Below are positions 1-5,801 of a stretch of 12,398 nucleotides of DNA, piece by piece (the stretch's first letter is position 1; every line of letters starts with the position of its first letter). The stretch covers positions 1-12,398 of the forward strand of contig CAZKED010000029.1 of assembly GCA_964551725.1 (NCBI GenBank). Reading direction: 5' to 3'. Source of the DNA: an uncultured archaeon. GTDB lineage: Archaea; Iainarchaeota; Iainarchaeia; Iainarchaeales; DTGL01. The position numbers were made by a program, and so were the translations under genes. A model generated the notes under the pieces. It did not search any database. It saw only the letters and a program-made list of their open reading frames with translations, and was not told where the DNA came from.

Positions 1-67
1 TGGAAAAGCAGAAAAACTAGTAGCCGGGAGAATCATGCAGTTTTTCAAAGGAAGTGTTCCGCAATAA
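1..67 (+). CDS. Possible 3' end of a gene entering from the left edge (…GKAEKLVAGRIMQFFKGSVPQ*)
   Basis: Frame 2 is open from the window edge to TAA at 65-67 and reads like an amphipathic C-terminal helix. It is too short to identify. Confidence 0.3.
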   Translation, partial: GKAEKLVAGRIMQFFKGSVPQ

Positions 68-370
68 ATTGTAAATAAAGCCCTGGGCTTTATGGAAATA
101 CATTGAATCATAGGAAAAATCATGCAAAGCATTAAGTTTGAGCAATAATCTCGTCAGGAACCACCTCCTTTTGATTTCCCCAAAAACTGGACTTAAAAAA
201 GTTTTTAAAACAATCCAGGGCACGCTTCCCCTAAAACAATCCACCGAATCCCCGTGAGTGCACTGCACTCCCGCCGTTTTTCTCTTTGGGGTGAACTGCA
301 GGAAACAAGTTTCTTTCTTTTGGTGAACTTATGCTTTTCTTTACGTTTTCTTTTTGGGGTGGGCTGGAGA

Positions 371-397
371 CCTTTTTCTTTTATGAAAAGAAAAAGG
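371..397 (-). terminator. Perfect 12-bp inverted repeat / oligo-T tract just downstream of tRNA-Gln
   Basis: CCTTTTTCTTTT (371-382) - ATG - AAAAGAAAAAGG (386-397). On the - strand this gives a T-rich tract a few nt after the tRNA 3' end, as in archaeal oligo-U terminators. Confidence 0.55.
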
Positions 398-401
398 GAT
401 A

Positions 402-474
402 TAGCCCCGGAGAGATTTGAACTCCCGTCTCTGGCTCCAAAGGCCAGAATGCTTGACCGCTACACCACGGGGCT
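402..474 (-). tRNA. tRNA-Gln (anticodon UUG), no intron, CCA not encoded
   Basis: Reverse complement is AGCCCCG-TG-GTGTAGCGGTCAAGCAT-T-CTGGC-CT-TTG-GA-GCCAG-AGAC-GGGAG-TTCAAAT-CTCTC-CGGGGCT-A. It forms a full cloverleaf with anticodon at 438-440 and the A1-U72 pair typical of archaeal tRNA-Gln. Confidence 0.97.
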
Positions 475-500
475 GTATAAGAATAATAATTCCCGCACGC

Positions 501-516
501 TATTTAAAGGTTTTTT
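501..516 (-). promoter_or_regulatory. BRE-TATA promoter for tRNA-Gln, possibly shared with the divergent gene at 531
   Basis: The - strand reads AAAAAACC-TTTAAATA, about 27-34 nt upstream of the tRNA 5' end. The same TTTAAA core lies about 23 nt upstream of the ATG at 531 on +. Confidence 0.6.
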
Positions 517-530
517 GGCATAGTTTTTAC

Positions 531-1094
531 ATGGCAAAATACTATTTCGACATAGAAACCTATTCGCCGGGGGAAAAAATCGACCCGAGCACGGACAAAA
601 TAATTTCAATACAGTTCCAGGAGCTCAGCGATGAAAGCGGCGAGGCGGTAGGCCCGCTTCACGTTTACAAGGAATGGGAATCCGGCGAGGAAGCCATTGT
701 GAGGAAATTCTTTCCAAAATTCAGGGCTTGGGAGTTCATTCCCGTTGGCACAAACCTTGCCTTTGAGAGAATGTTCTTAAAGGAAAAATTCGAAAAATAT
801 TTAGGAAGAGGGGTAACACACAAGTACTTGGACTACTACATGCCGAGCATTGATTTGCAGCCGGTGCTCGTGGTAATGAACAAAGGGCAGTTCAGGGGCT
901 CCGGACTGCACTACTTCTCGGACAAGGAGTCCAGCGGCGAGAAAATAAAGGAATGGTACGAGGCAGGGGATTTCAAAAGCATCGAGGAATACATAAGAAT
1001 GGAAGCCCGCGCTTTCATCAAGTTGTACGTTAAACTGCAGAAAGAGTTGCCCAAAATTTTTCCGCGCAAAGAGCCGCTGGAACAGGGACCCTGA
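531..1094 (+). CDS. RNase H-like fold DEDD/DnaQ-type 3'-5' exonuclease-like protein (187 aa)
   Basis: ExoI motif YYFDIET at the N-terminus, ExoII-like VGTNLAFERMFL, ExoIII-like EYIRME. Start reassigned to ATG 531 because the listed upstream extension overlaps the tRNA. Confidence 0.8.
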   Translation: MAKYYFDIETYSPGEKIDPSTDKIISIQFQELSDESGEAVGPLHVYKEWESGEEAIVRKFFPKFRAWEFIPVGTNLAFERMFLKEKFEKYLGRGVTHKYLDYYMPSIDLQPVLVVMNKGQFRGSGLHYFSDKESSGEKIKEWYEAGDFKSIEEYIRMEARAFIKLYVKLQKELPKIFPRKEPLEQGP

Positions 1095-1104
1095 CACTGC
1101 ACTT

Positions 1105-1710
1105 TCAGATTTTTCTCCGCATCAGGTAGCCGATGCACGAGCCCACAATGAGGGCTAGGATTAAAATAAGGGAAAGTTCGGGCAATGGCACAAAGCGTGC
1201 CGCCTGAATGGGCGTGAGCACGGGCGTCGGCGATGCAACGTCTTCAGGAATTCCCATTGTTGCCTCTTCCGCTGCCTTTCTTGCAGCGTCCGCGGCGCTT
1301 TCCGCGGCACCCATTTCCGGTGCCTGCAGCGGCTGCGCTGCCTCGAATGCCTGGGGCAAGAACTGGAAGGAGAAAAGCCGCGAGAGAAACAACGCCGTTG
1401 TTCCGAGCAGGAGCAATGAGGAGACCGCGAGCGTTATGAGCACTTTTATTTCCGTCGGATTCACTATGTTCTTTCCTTTCATTGTTAATGCATAGTATTT
1501 CCACTTGTAGCCCTCGTCAATCTTTTTAACCAGGCCTGCTTTCAACAGTACCTCCATGTGCTCTTTTACCGTGGAATTCCTCAGCTCGAGCGCGCTTGAA
1601 AGCTCGGATAACGTTTTGCGGCGCTCGTAAAGGCTTTTGAGGACGTTCACCCTGGTGTCAACGCTCAGTGCCTTGAACGATTCTCGGTCGAGTGTTATTT
1701 TGTCCTCCAT
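1105..1710 (-). CDS. Membrane-anchored ArsR-family winged-HTH transcriptional regulator (about 201 aa)
   Basis: N-terminal ArsR-like domain FKALSVDTRVNVLKSLYERRKTLSELS…TVKEHMEVLLKAGLV…KWKYYALT. It is followed by a hydrophobic helix, an Ala/Glu/Pro-rich linker, a second hydrophobic helix and RRK. Start at ATG 1710 (alternative 1731). Confidence 0.85.
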   Translation of the reverse strand: MEDKITLDRESFKALSVDTRVNVLKSLYERRKTLSELSSALELRNSTVKEHMEVLLKAGLVKKIDEGYKWKYYALTMKGKNIVNPTEIKVLITLAVSSLLLLGTTALFLSRLFSFQFLPQAFEAAQPLQAPEMGAAESAADAARKAAEEATMGIPEDVASPTPVLTPIQAARFVPLPELSLILILALIVGSCIGYLMRRKI

Positions 1711-1757
1711 TTTTACCACGTGCCACGGCATGCGCCAGTAAGAAAAGTGGGGCGGAA

Positions 1758-1805
1758 TATTTAAATCTTTGGGGTTTTTGTGAGGGCAAAAGCGAAGGAT
1801 TAAAA
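1758..1805. promoter_or_regulatory. Divergent TATA elements between the ArsR gene and the 1829 gene
   Basis: - strand CCAAAGA-TTTAAATA (1758-1772). + strand GAAGG-ATTAAAA (to 1805), about 24 nt before ATG 1829. Confidence 0.45.
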
Positions 1806-1828
1806 GCAAAAAGCGCAGGAATTAATAT

Positions 1829-2479
1829 ATGAAAAAAGCGAGCCCTGGAAGTTTTACCGGAAAGGGCAGGCGTCTGGCGCGGATTGCGAGAAGCCTGTTC
1901 AGGGCAAGGCATAAGGAGAATATCCGCATTCCCACGCTGAGAAAAGTGATAATGAAAAGAATGCAAAAAGGAATTCCTTTTACCGCGGAGGAAATAGCCG
2001 AGGTAACCGGTTTTCCTGTGAAAGATGTCAGGGAAAGGCTGGATACAGCTGCCGAGCACGGAAAAAGGGAAATAAGGGGAGTGAAAAGAACAATCACTGT
2101 GCAGACAGGTCTTGCCAGAACGGTTATTGGAGACCGTGGAAAAAGGCATGTTGCCTATTTTAGCATTGACCTTCCCCCGCTCGCGGAAATAAAAAGGCAC
2201 GCCGGCTACAATGCACTGCTCAAGCTTGTTGTAACCCATCCCCTGAAGCCGGCACTGAAGGACGAGGTTATAAAAAGGAAGAACCGGTCTGTAAAAAATA
2301 ACAAAAGAGTGGTTATTCCGCCGGAACTCGTTGAAAGAATGCTCAACAACCTCGAAAAAGCGGGGGTTATCAGGGGCTATATAGAAGAAAGGGAAACGGA
2401 CAGGGCAAAGCAGTCAAAGTACGCGATTACCGAAAGAGGGAAAAAGGTCAGCAAGTGGTTCCAAAGCCATTCCCGCTGA
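1829..2479 (+). CDS. Highly basic hypothetical protein with two putative winged-HTH elements (216 aa)
   Basis: Long Lys/Arg-rich ORF filling the gap between neighbours. HTH-like FTAEEIAEVTGFPVKDVRERL, and a C-terminal PadR/MarR-like VERMLNNLEKAGVIRG…KYAITERGK. Confidence 0.7.
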   Translation: MKKASPGSFTGKGRRLARIARSLFRARHKENIRIPTLRKVIMKRMQKGIPFTAEEIAEVTGFPVKDVRERLDTAAEHGKREIRGVKRTITVQTGLARTVIGDRGKRHVAYFSIDLPPLAEIKRHAGYNALLKLVVTHPLKPALKDEVIKRKNRSVKNNKRVVIPPELVERMLNNLEKAGVIRGYIEERETDRAKQSKYAITERGKKVSKWFQSHSR

Positions 2480-2492
2480 ATTCGCGCTGGAT

Positions 2493-3263
2493 TCAGAGCC
2501 TGAATTCCTTTATTATTTTTTCCTCTTCGCCTTTTATGTGCGCTGTTACCTCAATGTAGGGTTCGAGCCCAGAATTCTTTATTTTTGATTTTATCAGTTC
2601 GTCTATCTGGAATATTCCCGCGGAGTTGCCCATCACTATTTCAATGTGAATCGGCACGCTTTTGCCCTTGCTTATTACGACGTTTTTTATTGCGAGCGCT
2701 GACACTGAATGAATGTCAACCTTGCCCGCGTCAAAAGGAATGCGCGCCCTTCCCTTCTTTGCGTCCAGGGAATCCGCTACGCGAACGCAGCCCGCTTCGA
2801 TTGTGTGCGGATAGAATTCCTTTTCGTGGCATATTATGGCGTGCAGTATTTCGGCTTTCATTATCACCGCGTCTTTTTTGGAATAAATTCCCTGTAGCAG
2901 GGAGTCAAGCAACGGAAGCGCTATGGGAACGGAAAACTGCGCGTGCTCTCTCCTGTGAACAATGTGCCCCAGGTCGTGCAGTGCTGCGGCTAACACCACA
3001 ACGACCTCCGCGTCGTTATTCTTGAAATTGTACTCTTTTACAATGCCGGGAGTAACGCCGGATTGCATGAGCATTCTGAGGAGCTTCAAAGCAATGTTTG
3101 AAACGATTGCCACATGCGTTTTCCCGTGGTCGTTGTATTTCATCCTGTCAACCGCGAGAACGTTCGCACAATCCCAGTACTGCCTTATCTCCTCGCTCGA
3201 CTTGAGCCTTTCAACGATTTTTCCCAGTTTTTTGTTTCCCTTTGCGGGAATGTTCAGAATCAT
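2493..3263 (-). CDS. HD-domain metal-dependent phosphohydrolase (256 aa)
   Basis: YNDHGKTH, AALHDLGH..HR..H, AIICH and VRVADSLD motifs. GGTGA RBS 6 nt before ATG 3263. Confidence 0.9.
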   Translation of the reverse strand: MILNIPAKGNKKLGKIVERLKSSEEIRQYWDCANVLAVDRMKYNDHGKTHVAIVSNIALKLLRMLMQSGVTPGIVKEYNFKNNDAEVVVVLAAALHDLGHIVHRREHAQFSVPIALPLLDSLLQGIYSKKDAVIMKAEILHAIICHEKEFYPHTIEAGCVRVADSLDAKKGRARIPFDAGKVDIHSVSALAIKNVVISKGKSVPIHIEIVMGNSAGIFQIDELIKSKIKNSGLEPYIEVTAHIKGEEEKIIKEFRL

Positions 3264-3275
3264 TTATTTCACCTT

Positions 3276-3301
3276 AAATTCACTTTCAAAATTCACTTTC
3301 A
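3276..3301. repeat. 13-bp perfect tandem duplication AAATTCACTTTCA x2
   Basis: 3276-3288 is identical to 3289-3301. A degenerate third copy (TTTCACCTTA) forms the RBS of the HD gene on the - strand. Confidence 0.75.
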
Positions 3302-3317
3302 ACAAACATTCAATAAA

Positions 3318-3402
3318 TGCAATAATTGCAGTAATGGAATTATTGCACCCTATAATAAGAAAAAGGTAACCTCGCGGCTTTGCGCGAGCCAATTACCTTT
3401 TT
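3318..3402. repeat. Two adjacent inverted repeats in the HD / tRNA-Ile intergenic region
   Basis: TGCAATAATT (3318-3327) / AATTATTGCA (3338-3347). AAAAAGGTAA (3360-3369) / TTACCTTTTT (3393-3402), enclosing CTCGCG (3371-3376) / CGCGAG (3383-3388). Confidence 0.7.
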
Positions 3403-3436
3403 ATTCCTTTTCCGCGAAAAAATAATGTTGCGGACA

Positions 3437-3529
3437 GGGAATGTAGCACAGCTGGCCTAGTGCACTCGGCTGATAAGTGGAGGGAATTCAGAAACCGAGA
3501 GGTCGGCGGTTCGAATCCGCCCATTCCCA
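3437..3529 (+). tRNA. tRNA-Ile (anticodon GAU) with an 18-nt intron at canonical position 37/38 (3476-3493)
   Basis: Acceptor GGGAATG/CATTCCC+A, D-stem GCAC/GTGC, anticodon stem CTCGG/CCGAG, CT-GAT-A, T-arm GGCGG-TTCGAAT-CCGCC. Intron AGTGGAGGGAATTCAGAA; CTGA pairs with TCAG as the 4-bp central helix flanked by 3-nt bulges. Confidence 0.95.
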
Positions 3530-3570
3530 TTCCGCGCTTTTTTTAAATTCTCCCGTGCTAATTCTTTCTC

Positions 3571-4278
3571 ATGCCCGCAAAAGCGCTCTTGTTTGACGTG
3601 GGATACACGCTCCAGGACGACGGCATGCTTTTTGAAAAAAGCCTGGAGCACGCGGGAAAATGGCTAAAAGCAAAGGGGGCAATTTCTTCCGCGGAAAAGT
3701 TCCGAAAAGCCTATTTGCACTTTGATGCACGAATGCATTCCTACAAGTACAGCCATGTTTTCGGAGAGGAGGACATAATGCGCAGGGCACTCAAAAAGCT
3801 CGGCGCGGACACAAAACCCGCCAAAGGCGCAGTGGAAGAATGGCGCGCCTTTCAGAAAGCACGCTTCAAGCCGAACAGGAAATTCAGGAAGGCGCTGGTT
3901 TGGGCGAGAATGGAGGGCTTTCGCACTGCGATTGTTTCAAACGACCGCTCTGAGCGCATGAACGCTTTGCTGCAAGTGCACGGCGTCAGGCCTTTTTTGA
4001 ACGCGGTTATTGTATCGGAGGAAGCCGGGACGGAGAAGCCCAAGAAAAAAATCTTCGAACTGGCGCTCAGAAAACTCAGGGTAAAACCTCACAACGCGGT
4101 TATGTTCGGCGACAGCCCTGTAGCGGACGGGGCGGCAAAGCGCCTGGGAATAAAATGGGTGAAAGTGAAAAAGTTTGACCGGGGCGCGCTGTGGGAAAAG
4201 GGAAAAAAATTTTCCCCCGACCAGGAAATCCCGGAAATAAGCAGGGAAAGCCTGCAGCGTGTTCTGGCAGGGCTCTAA
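3571..4278 (+). CDS. HAD-superfamily hydrolase, subfamily IA (235 aa)
   Basis: Motif I LLFDVGYTL, motif II IVSN, motif III SEEAGTEKP..IF, motif IV MFGDSPVADGA. Confidence 0.9.
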   Translation: MPAKALLFDVGYTLQDDGMLFEKSLEHAGKWLKAKGAISSAEKFRKAYLHFDARMHSYKYSHVFGEEDIMRRALKKLGADTKPAKGAVEEWRAFQKARFKPNRKFRKALVWARMEGFRTAIVSNDRSERMNALLQVHGVRPFLNAVIVSEEAGTEKPKKKIFELALRKLRVKPHNAVMFGDSPVADGAAKRLGIKWVKVKKFDRGALWEKGKKFSPDQEIPEISRESLQRVLAGL

Positions 4279-4811
4279 ATGCCTTCCCACATTTCGACAA
4301 ACGAATCCACCAAATCGTCCAAAAAACTCTTCCTGTACCCTATTATGATTTCCTTTGCCTGCTCGGCGTTCGCCAGCGAAAAATACGTTTTCTTTTTCCT
4401 GCGCTTTTTTTCAACCAGCCCCGCTTTTATGAGCTTCTGCATGTGGAAGGAAACAGTGCTCGGAGCAAGACCCAGGAACCTTGCGAGCTGCTTGTTTGTG
4501 GCGCGCTTTTTCTGCACAAGGAAAAGGACTATTTTCCTCACGCTCTCCTCGCGGAACAGGGAAAGCGCTACCTTTTCCTCCTCGGACTGCTCGCCGTACA
4601 CGGGGAAAAAACGCGTGAATTTGCCTTTCTTCCTAGACTTGACCAAGTGCTGTTTCTGCAGCACATCCAAGTGATACTGCAGCGAGCCTATGGCGAGGTC
4701 TGTCCTGCGCTGCAGTTCCCTGAAATGAATGCCCGGGGCTCTTTCCACTTGCGAGTAGATTTTTTTTCTCGTATCGAGTTCCAGATACCGGGCGCGTTCG
4801 TCCATTTTCAT
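4275..4811 (-). CDS. Archaeal double winged-HTH (ArsR-like) transcriptional regulator (about 178 aa)
   Basis: Two tandem HTHs: PGIHFRELQRRTDLAIGSLQYHLDVL and ATNKQLARFLGLAPSTVSFHMQKLIKAGLV. GGTGA RBS 5 nt before ATG 4811 favours this start over GTG 4820. Has a 4-nt convergent stop overlap with the HAD gene. Confidence 0.88.
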   Translation of the reverse strand: MKMDERARYLELDTRKKIYSQVERAPGIHFRELQRRTDLAIGSLQYHLDVLQKQHLVKSRKKGKFTRFFPVYGEQSEEEKVALSLFREESVRKIVLFLVQKKRATNKQLARFLGLAPSTVSFHMQKLIKAGLVEKKRRKKKTYFSLANAEQAKEIIIGYRKSFLDDLVDSFVEMWEGI

Positions 4812-4823
4812 GTTCTTCACCGG

Positions 4824-5198
4824 CTACTTTTTGAACAAAGCGAGGAACAGCGAAAGGAATATAAGCAATTCGAAAACGTTCTCGCTGGAATCCGAGAGGA
4901 AATAACCCGGGGAAACGAAAATGTCAAACACTTTCAGCCCCCATTTTATGGCAAAGAAGAGGAATGCCGCTGCCACAAAAAGGGATTTCTTCGAGCCTGT
5001 TTTCCTGTAACCCAAGAACGCGAGAGCGAAGAGGAAAATCGACAAAAGGAATATCACCGGTTTTATAAAAGGGTCGAGCTGGAATGCAAATTGCGCTGCC
5101 GGTCTCAGAAAATCCCAGGGCGCCTGCGCTATTGCCGCGGGCACAAATAGTACTAGGGCTATTGGTACAATCCATCGAATTTTAGAATCCACAAACAT
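4824..5198 (-). CDS. Small integral membrane protein (signal/TM plus 3 TM helices, 124 aa)
   Basis: Four hydrophobic segments with a basic loop YRKTGSKK and C-terminal KK. GGAG RBS before ATG 5198; lies directly upstream of the double-HTH gene. Confidence 0.8.
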   Translation of the reverse strand: MFVDSKIRWIVPIALVLFVPAAIAQAPWDFLRPAAQFAFQLDPFIKPVIFLLSIFLFALAFLGYRKTGSKKSLFVAAAFLFFAIKWGLKVFDIFVSPGYFLSDSSENVFELLIFLSLFLALFKK

Positions 5199-5224
5199 CA
5201 CGCTCCAAAAGAAAAGTATTGGGG

Positions 5225-5305
5225 GAAAGGAATAAAAAAAGAGAAGAAGAGTGCGTTGTGAGGTGAAACAATCCCAACGCACCGAAACAAAGCTTGGGGG
5301 TTAAT
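5225..5305 (-). ncRNA. Candidate small RNA or structured 5' leader
   Basis: TATA at 5329-5336 predicts a start near 5305. An 8-bp stem GTGCGTTG/CAACGCAC (5251-5258 / 5275-5282) encloses UUUCACCUCA and is followed by a pyrimidine run with U7. Confidence 0.35.
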
Positions 5306-5328
5306 GCTGATATACTTTCCTCTCTGCA

Positions 5329-5370
5329 TTTATAAAGGCTTTATGGTACAAAGCCTAAAAATTCGTACAA
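5329..5370 (-). promoter_or_regulatory. BRE-TATA promoter with overlapping palindromic operator candidate
   Basis: - strand AAAGCC-TTTATAAA. Inverted repeat AGGCTTT-N7-AAAGCCT (5336-5356). GTACAA direct repeat at 5346-5351 and 5365-5370. Confidence 0.55.
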
Positions 5371-5375
5371 TAATC

Positions 5376-5399
5376 GAATCCGCTGGAAGAAGCGGATTC
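5376..5399 (-). terminator. 9-bp hairpin at the yjbQ stop codon
   Basis: GAATCCGCT-GGAAGA-AGCGGATTC, a perfect stem overlapping the TGA of yjbQ, with a short T-run downstream on -. Confidence 0.5.
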
Positions 5400-5793
5400 A
5401 GCACTCTGCGGCCTTCAAGAGCACATTGCGCGACCTTGGACCGTCAAATTCGCAGAAGAAGACGCCCTGCCATGTGCCCAATGCCAGGGAACCCTTTTCT
5501 ATGGGCACAATAGCGGAGCAGCCTACAAGCGATGACTTGATGTGCGAATCGGCGTTTCCCTCCGCATGGGAATAACCAGCGTTTTCCGGCACAATCTCTG
5601 AGAGTTTTTTCAATATGTCATTCTTTACCGCGGGGTCCGCGGACTCGTTTATTGTTATTGCCGCAGTGGTGTGCGGAGCGTACAAAAAGCAGATGCCGTT
5701 TTTAACTCCGCACCTTTCGACAAAGCGGCTTACTTTGGGAGTAATGTCGATGAATTCATTCCTCTTTGAAGTGCGTATTTCAATCTTTTCCAT
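5398..5793 (-). CDS. yjbQ: YjbQ / UPF0047 family protein (secondary thiamine-phosphate synthase-like, 131 aa)
   Basis: Family signatures PHTTAAITINE, HAEGNADSHIKSSL and LGTWQGVFFCEFDGPR. ATG 5793 (alternative GTG 5802 abutting the asnS stop). Confidence 0.92.
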   Translation of the reverse strand: MEKIEIRTSKRNEFIDITPKVSRFVERCGVKNGICFLYAPHTTAAITINESADPAVKNDILKKLSEIVPENAGYSHAEGNADSHIKSSLVGCSAIVPIEKGSLALGTWQGVFFCEFDGPRSRNVLLKAAEC

Positions 5794-5801
5794 TTTTCTC
5801 A

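Noticed and set aside
21-33. TAGCCGGGAGAAT resembling the tRNA-Gln 3' end (possible att remnant)
   Set aside because: Short, gapped match with no integrase in the window; compatible with chance.
278-363. Possible degenerate CRISPR array
   Set aside because: Repeats are short, low-complexity and unequal, spacers are too short, and there are no cas genes.
331-420. 29-codon ORF (MLFFTFSFWGG…) preceded by GGTGA
   Set aside because: Very short, low complexity, and overlaps the tRNA 3' end and terminator on the opposite strand; no independent support.
17-523. ORFs 17..268 (-) and 254..523 (+)
   Set aside because: No recognisable domain, Phe/Leu-rich translation of T-tracts, and the second runs antisense through tRNA-Gln.
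417-530. N-terminal extension of the exonuclease ORF
   Set aside because: Overlaps the tRNA and its promoter; the ExoI motif begins right after ATG 531.
1658-2239. 193-aa - strand ORF opposite the basic protein
   Set aside because: No motif, atypical composition, and overlaps the ArsR start out of frame; the + strand ORF has HTH-like features and a promoter.
4191-5150. 319-aa + strand ORF
   Set aside because: Antisense shadow of two well-supported - strand genes, with no motif.
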